64,000 bases of DNA from assembly GCA_965248055.1 (NCBI GenBank), contig CBDFIJ010000004.1:2368001-2432000 (forward strand), written 5' to 3'. The stretch is from Candidatus Multivoradales bacterium. GTDB taxonomy: Bacteria; Acidobacteriota; Thermoanaerobaculia; Multivoradales; JAHEKO01. The position numbers and the translations under genes are program-made. The notes below the pieces were generated by a model that was not told where the DNA came from, ran no database searches, and saw only the letters and a list, made by a program, of their open reading frames with translations. Within the stretch, counting starts at the first letter, position 1. Each line of letters starts with the position of its first letter. Positions 55,645 through 64,000 of this stretch are shown here, piece after piece.

Positions 55645-56414
55645 ACCGCACTCAACTCATTGTCTCGTACCGTGGCACCGCCTATGTCGGTTGGCAGCGG
55701 CAAACCAATGGGCTGGCGGTTCAGCAGGTGTTGGAAGAGGCTATCGAGCGCTTGGTCGGCGATCCAGTGACGGTGTTCGCGGCCGGTCGTACCGACGCTG
55801 GAGTCCACGCTTTGGGCCAATCGGTTCACCTCGACACGATGCAGGAGCTACCCGCCAAGGGTTGGGTACACGGAACCAATCGATTCTTGCCGGAAGATAT
55901 TCGCGTGCTGGCAGCGGTTGCCAAGGACCACGACTTTCATGCTCGTTTCGGCGCACAGCAGAAGGAGTATCGATATTGGGTGTCGACCGCGCCGGTGATC
56001 GACGCCCTGGAGTGCTGGCGCTCGATCCGAGTTTCGCCGGTGATTGATTTCGAGCGCATGAATCAAGCTGCACAGTCCCTAGTGGGTGAACACGATTTTG
56101 CCGCCTTTGCCCTGGCTGGAGGCGCGCACCACGATGCCAAACGCACCGTGTACTCCGCTTGGTGGCGGGCTGACGGCGAGCGAGCGGTGTTTACCATCAT
56201 CGGAAACGGGTTTCTTCGTGGCATGGTCCGGTCGATTGTCGGCACTCTGCTGGAAGTTGGTTCGGCGGGCCGAGAGCCGGAGAACTTGGCTGTGCTGCTG
56301 GAGGGTGCAGATCGAGGTCAAGCGGGACCGACCGCACCGGCCAAAGGGCTGGTGCTCCAGAGGGTGGTGTATTCCGATTCGACGAGAGAGAATAGCGTTA
56401 CAGGAGGTGGTTGA
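55641..56414 (+). CDS. truA: tRNA pseudouridine(38-40) synthase
   Basis: GWQRQ, AGRTDAGVHA, FHARF, GEHDF, GFLRGMVR, TAPAKGL. Confidence 0.95.
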   Translation: MNRTQLIVSYRGTAYVGWQRQTNGLAVQQVLEEAIERLVGDPVTVFAAGRTDAGVHALGQSVHLDTMQELPAKGWVHGTNRFLPEDIRVLAAVAKDHDFHARFGAQQKEYRYWVSTAPVIDALECWRSIRVSPVIDFERMNQAAQSLVGEHDFAAFALAGGAHHDAKRTVYSAWWRADGERAVFTIIGNGFLRGMVRSIVGTLLEVGSAGREPENLAVLLEGADRGQAGPTAPAKGLVLQRVVYSDSTRENSVTGGG

Positions 56415-56471
56415 GGCAATCTGGTGGCACTCGATCTCGGTGCCAAGCCTCATGCTAATTTGGTTTCCAAT

Positions 56472-57335
56472 ATGCGTGGAAAAGTTTCATCTAGTCAACA
56501 AAACAAACCCAAAGAATTGCTCTTGCGAAGAGTGCAAGAAGAGGAGATTCCGCGCCACGTAGCGGTGATCATGGATGGCAACGGGCGCTGGGCGCAGGCC
56601 CGCAACCGACCTCGGGTCGAGGGCCATCGGGCCGGCGTGCAAGCGGTGCGCGAAACCGTCGAGACCGCGGCTGAGTTGAAGCTCGAGTACCTGACGCTCT
56701 ACGCCTTTTCTCAAGAGAACTGGCAGCGACCCAAGGTGGAAGTGTGGACCTTGATGAACTTGCTCAAGGAATACCTTCGCCGGGAAAGGCAGAATATGGT
56801 CGATAACGACATCCGCCTGCAGATTCTCGGACGCTGGCAAGAGCTTGACTCATCGGTGGTCAAGGCTGTTGAGCGGGGACTGGCTGCCACCGCCGACTGT
56901 CAGGGGATGACTTTGAACATTGCTCTCAACTACTCCGGTCGCTCTGAGATCGTCGACGCCTGTCGACGGATCGTCGGCGACTGGGCTGCCGGCCAGCCGG
57001 TGGATATCGATGAGAAGACCCTGGACCAGCATTTGTACACCAGCGGCCAGACACCACCGGACTTGATGATCCGCACCTCCGGAGAGAAACGAATTTCAAA
57101 TTTCTTAATTTGGCAGATTGCCTATTCGGAACTTTGGTTTACCGACAAGCTGTGGCCCGATTTCAAGCGCGCAGATTTTCTTCAGGCTATTCTCGACTAT
57201 CAATCGCGATCGAGGCGATTTGGCAAAGTCTCGGGACAGAGTGCAGCGCTGAGCGACCGTTCTCTGTTGCTGGAGCATGAATCCGAGATCGGCCGAGATG
57301 CTGGCGAAGCATCGTCTGATGCCAGTGCTCGATAA
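56472..57335 (+). CDS. uppS: Undecaprenyl diphosphate synthase
   Basis: HVAVIMDGNGRWA, YAFSQENW.RP, IRTSGE.RISNFL.WQ.AYSE. Confidence 0.95.
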   Translation: MRGKVSSSQQNKPKELLLRRVQEEEIPRHVAVIMDGNGRWAQARNRPRVEGHRAGVQAVRETVETAAELKLEYLTLYAFSQENWQRPKVEVWTLMNLLKEYLRRERQNMVDNDIRLQILGRWQELDSSVVKAVERGLAATADCQGMTLNIALNYSGRSEIVDACRRIVGDWAAGQPVDIDEKTLDQHLYTSGQTPPDLMIRTSGEKRISNFLIWQIAYSELWFTDKLWPDFKRADFLQAILDYQSRSRRFGKVSGQSAALSDRSLLLEHESEIGRDAGEASSDASAR

Positions 57336-57350
57336 CAAACTAGACAGCTT

Positions 57351-58121
57351 GTGCGGCGCCTAGTTACCGCAGTGATTCTTTTGCCGTTGATCGTCGCCGC
57401 CATCTGGTGGTTGCCGGAAACTGCTCTTTCCTGGCTTTTTGTGGTGGTCTTCAGCAGCTGCGCCGGCGAGTTCGCCCGCATCAATCAACTCAGCTCTCGA
57501 CCTTGGGTGTACGAATTGGTGGTTGCCGGGTTGTTGGTCGCGGCGCTGGGTCTGCTTAAGGCCCCGGTCGCAGCAACTCATCTGATGGTGTTGACGGTAG
57601 CGGTCGCGGCGCTGTGGATGGTGGCCTCCAGAACCTCGATGGATCGCAGAGCGACCGTTGGTGCGACTGTTGCCTTTGGGTTGGTGTACTTTGTGGTCGC
57701 GGTGCGTGGCCTGGTAGAGGTTCGTGCCCATGGCGCATCGTTGCTGTTGTTGTTGGTGGCGATGGTCGCTGCCGGGGACACGGCTGCCTATTACCTCGGG
57801 CGAGCTTTCGGTAAGCGCAAGATGGCGGAAACTCTGTCCCCCAACAAGACCTGGGTTGGATTCTTTGCTTCGCTGGCGGCGGCCACCTTTTTGGCCGGTG
57901 GCTGGGCGGTTTGGCAGCAACTGAACGTGCCTATGTGGCTGGTGGCCGGAGCGGTCACCAATTTGGCGGCACAGGGTGGCGACCTATTGGAGTCGGCCTT
58001 CAAACGACAGGCCGGGGTCAAGGACTCTGGAGATTTACTGCCCGGACATGGTGGAATATGGGACCGTGTCGACGCGATCTTGTTGGCGGCCCCCGCCTTC
58101 GCCGTGATGCTTCCAGGCTAG
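57351..58121 (+). CDS. cdsA: Phosphatidate cytidylyltransferase
   Basis: DTAAY, SPNKTWVG, GDLLESAFKR..GVKDSG.LLPGHGGIWDRVD. Confidence 0.93.
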   Translation: MRRLVTAVILLPLIVAAIWWLPETALSWLFVVVFSSCAGEFARINQLSSRPWVYELVVAGLLVAALGLLKAPVAATHLMVLTVAVAALWMVASRTSMDRRATVGATVAFGLVYFVVAVRGLVEVRAHGASLLLLLVAMVAAGDTAAYYLGRAFGKRKMAETLSPNKTWVGFFASLAAATFLAGGWAVWQQLNVPMWLVAGAVTNLAAQGGDLLESAFKRQAGVKDSGDLLPGHGGIWDRVDAILLAAPAFAVMLPG

Positions 58122-58271
58122 CGACACAAGCGGTAGAAAGTGGCACGGTTCCTGCGGCGGCTGAGACCGCGGAGGAGGGCCCTGAAACAGGTCTGACGCT
58201 TGACGGCGAACCGGTAACGTTGTCGGCGCCGATGTTGAATATTTCGCCTGGTGGCGTTGTTTGGAGTTGAT

Positions 58272-59585
58272 ATGCAGATTCTGACTAATCTACTTGCTTT
58301 TATCTTTGCCCTCGGGGTGATCGTTTTTGTCCATGAATTGGGGCATTTCGTGGTCGCCAAGGCATTCAATTGTCGGGTTCATACTTTTTCCCTCGGCTGG
58401 GGAAAACGACTGTGGGGGTTTCGCCGTGGTGAGACCGACTACCGCGTGGCGCTGTTCCCGATTGGTGGCTACGTTCAGTTGGCGGGCGAGGATCCCAAAG
58501 ATATCGATCCCCAGGACGAACGCCATTTCATGAACAAGCCCCGTTGGCAGCGGATTTTGGTCTACCTCGCCGGTCCGGCGATGAATGTGGTGTTGTCGGT
58601 ATCTGTGATCGCGATCTTGTTCATGGTCGGAATTGAGGTTCCAGGATTGCAACGATTGGGACCAGTGATCGGTTCGGTGGTTGAGGGCTCTGCCGGTGCT
58701 GAGGCTGGTCTGCAAGCCGGAGACAAGGTCCTTACGATTGACGGTAAAGCGGTGAGCAATTGGGACGACGTACAGTTTGCGATCCTCGCCGGGGCGGGAC
58801 AGACGCTGACGGTCGAGGTTGAGCGCGAGGGTTCGGTCAACACCCACCAACTGACCCCGGTTCAAGTTCCTAAGTATGAAATTGGTGACGCTGGCATTTA
58901 CGCCCAGTTCGTACCGCGGGTGACCATGGTGGAGTCCGGTAGCCCAGCGGACCTCGGTGGTTTGAAGAATCGGGATGAGTTGCTCGCGGTTGATGGACAC
59001 CCGGTCACCGGAAGCGGGGAATTTGTCGCTCTGATTCGCGAGCGGGGTGGCGCTAGTACCAAGCTGGATATTTTGCGCGATGGCGAGCCGTTGTCGATTA
59101 CGCTGACGCCGAAGGGCGAGAAGGGTGAGGGGCTGATCGGTATTGGTCTGGGTGTTTATCAGCGATTCGGACCGATCCGAGCGCTGACTGAGAGCGTCCG
59201 CTACAACTGGCAACTGGCCCGGCAAACCGGAGACGTGGTCGGACGTATCGCCACCGGTCGGATGGCCGCCAAGAGTGCGCTGTCGGGGCCGGTCGAGATT
59301 GCTGCGTTGTCCGGTGCCGCGGCGAGAAGTGGTTTCAAGAACCTCTTCTACTTGATGGCCTTGGTCAGTATCAGCGTCGGATTGCTGAACCTGCTACCAA
59401 TTCCGATTCTCGACGGTGGGCAGATTTTGCTGCTATTGGTCGAGTCGGTGATGCGTAAGGATCTTTCACTGGCATTCAAGGAGCGATTTAACCAAGTTGG
59501 CTTCGCCATGGTGATGATGCTGATGGCGGCGGTGCTATATTTCGATCTGAGCAAGAATTGGCCAGACTGGCTGACACTTGGTTGA
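58272..59585 (+). CDS. rseP: RIP metalloprotease RseP
   Basis: HELGH, PIGGYV, AGPAMN, two PDZ domains, NLLPIPILDGG. Confidence 0.95.
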   Translation: MQILTNLLAFIFALGVIVFVHELGHFVVAKAFNCRVHTFSLGWGKRLWGFRRGETDYRVALFPIGGYVQLAGEDPKDIDPQDERHFMNKPRWQRILVYLAGPAMNVVLSVSVIAILFMVGIEVPGLQRLGPVIGSVVEGSAGAEAGLQAGDKVLTIDGKAVSNWDDVQFAILAGAGQTLTVEVEREGSVNTHQLTPVQVPKYEIGDAGIYAQFVPRVTMVESGSPADLGGLKNRDELLAVDGHPVTGSGEFVALIRERGGASTKLDILRDGEPLSITLTPKGEKGEGLIGIGLGVYQRFGPIRALTESVRYNWQLARQTGDVVGRIATGRMAAKSALSGPVEIAALSGAAARSGFKNLFYLMALVSISVGLLNLLPIPILDGGQILLLLVESVMRKDLSLAFKERFNQVGFAMVMMLMAAVLYFDLSKNWPDWLTLG

Positions 59586-59604
59586 CCAACATCCCATAAC
59601 CAAT

Positions 59605-60114
59605 ATGACTAACCAATCAATTTCGATCGGATCCGGGGCGCCCGATTTCGACCTTTCTTCGACCGAGGACGTGCTCCTGATGTTGCGCGACGAAGTGCCG
59701 CGCAACGCCATGGTTCTCTATGTCTTTTTAGAAGATGACGATTCGACCCGGGCCGATCTCCAAGTACTGGGTGAGAGTGTCTCCGGGTGGGCCGCCAAGG
59801 GCATACGAGTGATGGCACTGGCGCCGCTCAAGCTGCCGGTCCTCAAGCAACTCCAGGCGGAGCTCCAGTTGCCGTTTCCGCTGTTGGCCGATGACCGTGA
59901 TTTCTGCGCCCAATATGGGGTCGACCCGGAGGCTACCGGTCGCCGTCTGGTGGTGGTCAATCGTCATTGCCAAGTCGCATGGATCGCCGATCCTTGGACC
60001 GACATTGTAGAGGCGATTACAGCGATGAAGGCTGCCGGTCTCGACAAAGAGTCGGCGCTGACGAACTATCCGGGCAAGGTCATCAACCGACTTGTGAGTT
60101 GGTGGGTCAACTGA
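59605..60114 (+). CDS. AhpC/TSA (peroxiredoxin-like) fold protein lacking the peroxidatic Cys
   Basis: GSGAPDFDL, VLYVF, LPFPLLAD...YGV; no PxxxTxxC. Confidence 0.7.
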   Translation: MTNQSISIGSGAPDFDLSSTEDVLLMLRDEVPRNAMVLYVFLEDDDSTRADLQVLGESVSGWAAKGIRVMALAPLKLPVLKQLQAELQLPFPLLADDRDFCAQYGVDPEATGRRLVVVNRHCQVAWIADPWTDIVEAITAMKAAGLDKESALTNYPGKVINRLVSWWVN

Positions 60115-60151
60115 TCGTCCGTTGCGGTTCGCTGACGAACCGCCTGCAATC

Positions 60152-60916
60152 ATGAACCAAGGTCAACAAAGGACATGGGTCCGATGGGCCGCCAGAGGAG
60201 TCGCCGCCGCGGCTCTATCGCTGCTATTCGTGGTGTCGGCCTACACCGCGTTCTCGATGTACGTCCGGCGCGGCGGGACTGTACTGCCAGACGTGAGTGG
60301 CATGCCGGTCGCGGAGGCTCGTTCAGCGCTGAAGGGTGTTGGGGTTGACCTCAAGGTTCTCGAAGAAGACGCTCGGTTTAGCACCGAGGTTGCTGAAGGC
60401 GCAGTAGCGCGACAGCGACCGCGGCCAGGAGCTAGCGTCAAGAAAGGCAGTGTGGTGCGGGTGTCAGTCTCGAAAGGCGCTGAGTTGGCGTACTTGCCGG
60501 ATTTCTCCGGAGATCCGGTTGCCATTGCTCGTACCAGAGTACAGTCCGACGGTCTGCCCGCTCCGCGGATTCTGTGGGTCTATCAGCCAGCCAAGCCTGC
60601 AGGGGAAGTGGTCGGTCAACAGCCCCGAGCCGGCGCCCGGGCGCCCGTCAATCAGCCGGTGCGCTTGTACGCAAATACCACCGACCCAGAGGCGGTCTAC
60701 GTGATGCCGGATGTGATCTATCAAAATGCCGAACGCATGCGCCGTTGGTTTGAGAATCGAGGTATTCGGGTGGGCAGCATCAAGCCCGACGCTTATCAAG
60801 GGGTTCCAGCGGGGACCATCTTGCGCCAGTACCCATTGAGTGGTTACCCGCTCAGCCCGGGAGATGTGGTGGCTTTTGTTGTCGCGTCTGGGGAACAAGG
60901 GCGAGCGAGCCTATGA
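60152..60916 (+). CDS. PASTA-domain membrane protein
   Basis: TM helix then three PASTA repeats (LPDVSG, LPDFSG, MPDVIY; Q.P..G). Confidence 0.85.
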   Translation: MNQGQQRTWVRWAARGVAAAALSLLFVVSAYTAFSMYVRRGGTVLPDVSGMPVAEARSALKGVGVDLKVLEEDARFSTEVAEGAVARQRPRPGASVKKGSVVRVSVSKGAELAYLPDFSGDPVAIARTRVQSDGLPAPRILWVYQPAKPAGEVVGQQPRAGARAPVNQPVRLYANTTDPEAVYVMPDVIYQNAERMRRWFENRGIRVGSIKPDAYQGVPAGTILRQYPLSGYPLSPGDVVAFVVASGEQGRASL

Positions 60917-61578
60917 TCCAGATTGCGCCATCGGTGTTGGGAGCAGATATGGCTGACATGGCCTCAGCGCTCAAAGTCTGCGAGCAAGGTGGCGCAGACT
61001 TGGTTCATGTTGATGTGATGGATGGCCATTTTGTGCCCAATTTGACCTTTGGGGCACCGATGGTCGCTGCGTTGGCGAAACGGTGTTCGTTGCCGCTGGA
61101 CGTCCATTTGATGGTTGAGGATCCAGATCGGTTGCTCGATGACTACATGGATGCTGGCTCAGTGTGGATCACAGTGCACTGGGAAGCCTGTCGACACCTG
61201 GATCGAACGCTGCAGGTGATTCGCGAGCGTGGGATCAAGGCCGGCGTTGCGATCAATCCGGCGACCCCGGTCGAACCATTATTTGATCTCTTGGAGTTGC
61301 TCGACCACGTCTTGGTGATGACCGTCAATCCAGGATTCGCTGGCCAGCCATTTCTGCCCTACGCACTGCGCAAGGTGCAGCGTTTACGAAAACGGATCAC
61401 TGAGGGCGGTCACCGGACCCTTTTGGAGGTCGACGGCGGTATCGGGGAGTCAACGATTGGTGCAGCCTTTCGTGCCGGGGCCGATGTATTCGTTGCCGGA
61501 TCGGCGATCTATGGAGCACAAGATCCGGTGGCGCAAATTTCTATATTAAGAACTTTAGCGGAAGGGGAATCGTGTTGA
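60913..61578 (+). CDS. rpe: Ribulose-phosphate 3-epimerase
   Basis: HVDVMDGHFVPN, DVHLMV, MTVNPGFAGQ, EVDGG, VAGSA. Confidence 0.96.
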   Translation: MIQIAPSVLGADMADMASALKVCEQGGADLVHVDVMDGHFVPNLTFGAPMVAALAKRCSLPLDVHLMVEDPDRLLDDYMDAGSVWITVHWEACRHLDRTLQVIRERGIKAGVAINPATPVEPLFDLLELLDHVLVMTVNPGFAGQPFLPYALRKVQRLRKRITEGGHRTLLEVDGGIGESTIGAAFRAGADVFVAGSAIYGAQDPVAQISILRTLAEGESC

Positions 61579-62486
61579 GTAAGACAGCTTTGTCGATGGT
61601 TGGTGCGATGGTGGTCATCGCGTGGGTAGGTGGTTGTAAATCGGGAATTGAAGATGACCCGATTCTCAGGTTGTCGTCAGCGGAGGCCCTGGAGACTGGG
61701 GTCGAATTGATGGCTCAGGAGAAGTACTCCAAGGCAAGGGACTATCTGACTCATGCATTTGAGGTGGAGCCCAACTCCGAGGGTGGTCAGAAAGCGTTGC
61801 TGATGGTGGCAGACAGCCACTTCCAACAAGGGGGAGAGACCCACTGGATTCGCTCTGAGTCACGGTACCGGGACTATCTAACTAGGTTTCCCACCAGCGC
61901 TCGGGCCGATTACGTGCAGTATCAGATTGCTCGGTCTTTATCCGCGCGGGTGGAACGCCCAGATCGCGATCAGACCGCGACCGAGCAGGCGGTCGAAGAG
62001 TTCCGAACGCTGGAACGGCTGTTCCCCTCCAGTGAGTATGCACTGTTGGCAGGCGAAGAAATTGTCCAGCTGCGGTCGCTGTTGGCCGACCATCATTTTG
62101 CGGTAGGCGATTTCTATCTGCGTTATCGCAATCCGCTCGGAGCCCAATGGCGGCTGGAGCGGATGCTCGAAGAATTCCCTGACTATCCAAGTCGCGACAA
62201 GGTTCTGTTCCATTTGGGCCGCAGTTTCATGCGGCAGAATAAGTTCAATGATGCTCGGGATACCTTTGAAACCTTGCGCCAAGAATTTCCAGAAAGTGAG
62301 TGGATCTCTGAAATTCCGACCGAGATTCCGGAGCAGGTGAAACTGAAAGATCTGATCGCCGAGGAGGCGAAAGACGGCGCTGATGAGCCATCTGAAGCCG
62401 TGACTGAGGAAGGGACCGGCGACGAAGCTGGGGATGCTACGGAGGAGGCTTCGGACACGGTCGCTGATGAGACGTCCTTGGAGTGA
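61572..62486 (+). CDS. bamD: Outer membrane assembly lipoprotein BamD
   Basis: Lipobox VGGC, TPRs, FPTS..ADY, DRDQT, VGDFY. Confidence 0.85.
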   Translation: MLSKTALSMVGAMVVIAWVGGCKSGIEDDPILRLSSAEALETGVELMAQEKYSKARDYLTHAFEVEPNSEGGQKALLMVADSHFQQGGETHWIRSESRYRDYLTRFPTSARADYVQYQIARSLSARVERPDRDQTATEQAVEEFRTLERLFPSSEYALLAGEEIVQLRSLLADHHFAVGDFYLRYRNPLGAQWRLERMLEEFPDYPSRDKVLFHLGRSFMRQNKFNDARDTFETLRQEFPESEWISEIPTEIPEQVKLKDLIAEEAKDGADEPSEAVTEEGTGDEAGDATEEASDTVADETSLE

Positions 62487-62621
62487 AAAGATAGTCTCAA
62501 TCTCGGCACTTTCCCTGCCGGTGACCTGCCGTCTTGACACCCTTTCTCCGTAGAGTTAGCTTGATACCCAGAACTCACTCGTTCCTCTGTGAATGAGGAC
62601 AGACTGGAGATGGGGAGTCCG

Positions 62622-63761
62622 ATGACTCGATCAAAGCAGGTATTGCTGGGACTAGCGGCTAGTTGGTTGATTTTTGCCCCGACGATGGTGGCCGACACCC
62701 CACCCACCAACCTTCACCTAGTGGGAGACCATTGGACGGCCTGGGATCCACCGCAGGAGTTTCCCGAGGGCGTGGAGATCTACCGAATTCAGCGGGGGGA
62801 TACTCTGTGGGATCTCGCGGTTCAGTTTCTGGATGACTCCTATCTTTGGCCGCAGTTGTGGGAGCAGAACCCTTACATATTGGATGCTCATTGGATCTAT
62901 CCTGGAGATCCCCTGGCGGTTGGTTTCGATATTCATCCGGTGGATACCTTGGCTGACGCGCCATTGAGTGAACCCATTGAGGAAGATCACGGCCCTCAAT
63001 TTGCCACTGAAGATGGATCTTTGCGAGCTGCTGGTTATCCTAGCGATCTCTATTGCACCGGATTTGTCGATGACCCGGACCTCAGCTTTGCCTATCAAGT
63101 GATTGGTTCCGAAGAAACGGCGTTGGCGCCCACTCTACGGTCCCAAGACCGCCCGGCGAAGCGCACGCGACAGACCGTGAAAGTAGACCTAACCACCGGG
63201 GATATCGTCTATGTGGACGGCGGCGCGGCTGGCGGATTGCAGGCTGGCACCGAGTTCTTCATCGTTGGCCAAAGTGAGTTGGTAAAGCATCCGATGCGCA
63301 AGTCGGTGGTGGGTCGCTACTATCAATATCAGGGACGCTTGAGGGTCTTGTCGGTACAAACCGACACCGCGATTGCTGAAGTGACCCACGCCTGCCGAGC
63401 GGTACACGTCGGCGCCGGATTGATGCCCTTTGAGACCTTACCGATTCCGCTGGTCGCGACTTCGGTTCCACCTGCGGTCAACGCGCCGGTTCCAGATGAC
63501 TTCTTGGATGATGCCGCGACCGTAGTGTTTTCTGAAAACGATGTGTTCTCACTCGGTGAGGGCAGTGTGATCTACGTTGATCTGGGCGTCGGTCAGACCC
63601 ATCCGGGAGACCGTTACCGGATATGGAGACGCAACCATGAAGGTCTTCCGCCGGTGATTCTGGGAGAACTGGCGATTCTTAGAGTGGGAGATTCGGCTTC
63701 GGTCGCTCGAATCCTCACCTCTCGCTACACCGTTCGAGTTGGCGACCGCATTACTTTGTAG
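62622..63761 (+). CDS. LysM peptidoglycan-binding protein
   Basis: Signal peptide; IQRGDTLWDLA...WPQLWEQNPYI.DAHWIYPGD. Confidence 0.85.
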   Translation: MTRSKQVLLGLAASWLIFAPTMVADTPPTNLHLVGDHWTAWDPPQEFPEGVEIYRIQRGDTLWDLAVQFLDDSYLWPQLWEQNPYILDAHWIYPGDPLAVGFDIHPVDTLADAPLSEPIEEDHGPQFATEDGSLRAAGYPSDLYCTGFVDDPDLSFAYQVIGSEETALAPTLRSQDRPAKRTRQTVKVDLTTGDIVYVDGGAAGGLQAGTEFFIVGQSELVKHPMRKSVVGRYYQYQGRLRVLSVQTDTAIAEVTHACRAVHVGAGLMPFETLPIPLVATSVPPAVNAPVPDDFLDDAATVVFSENDVFSLGEGSVIYVDLGVGQTHPGDRYRIWRRNHEGLPPVILGELAILRVGDSASVARILTSRYTVRVGDRITL

Positions 63762-63860
63762 CCTGAATTTGCAACCCGCGGTCATCGAGCCAGAGAATCG
63801 GGTAGGCTCAGCGTTGGTTATCGAACGGTTTTTTTTGAAAAGCGGCCTTCGCGTCTGATT

Positions 63861-64000
63861 GTGGCTAATAAGAAAACGCTCAACGGAAAACTCTGCAAGC
63901 TGGTGGATCAGTTGGTGGAGCAGGGACTGACCCTGGATCAAGCGCGTCGCGAGTTCGAAAAGCAATTCATCCTGTCTGCCCTTCGATCCAACGCCGGTAG
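63861..64000 (+). CDS. Small Fis-like HTH protein (partial, runs off window)
   Basis: Hand translation from GTG 63861: MANKKTLNGKLCKLVDQLVEQGLTLDQARREFEKQFILSALRSNAG, the EFEK.FI..AL...G lead-in to HTH_8. Confidence 0.65.
   Translation, partial: MANKKTLNGKLCKLVDQLVEQGLTLDQARREFEKQFILSALRSNAG

Noticed and set aside
58290-59225. Long antisense ORFs (also 13503-14375, 27968-28849, 31990-32832) and the off-frame ORF 23713-24624
   Set aside because: Shadow frames of well-supported genes in GC-rich DNA; no motifs.

Overview
This is a GC-rich bacterial chromosomal window. Its gene content (ECF/anti-sigma/CHAT locus, stand-alone Fis-like HTH, OPT-PqqD pair) suggests Acidobacteriota, possibly Thermoanaerobaculia-like; that placement is inference. 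Core genes: pepD, OPT transporter, yvcK-glmU-glmS, uvrD/pcrA, truA-uppS-cdsA-rseP, rpe, bamD and a LysM protein. Accessory blocks: (i) 2.8-8.1 kb mobile hotspot with a complete IS256 (9-bp target duplication), a head-to-tail array of one full and two progressively 5'-truncated HUH/Y1 (RAYT/IS200-like) elements sharing a structured 3' end and outward micro-repeats, and an Mrr endonuclease; (ii) 8.1-13 kb variable locus holding degenerate copies of both flanking gene ends, plus a ubiX interrupted by a single in-frame TAG; (iii) 23.3-31.7 kb six-gene operon for a periplasmic Nitrospira/anammox-type NXR-like molybdoenzyme with a diheme-cytochrome c/heme-b fusion subunit; (iv) 35.7-45.7 kb island with an AbiE-like TA pair, ECF sigma, anti-sigma, CHAT protease with an uncharacterised partner, and secreted proteins; (v) 48-52 kb Asn-synthetase-like/radical SAM/flavin halogenase-like trio of unknown product. 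No rRNA, tRNA or CRISPR array was recognised. All calls come from reading the sequence and recalling motifs, not from database searches.
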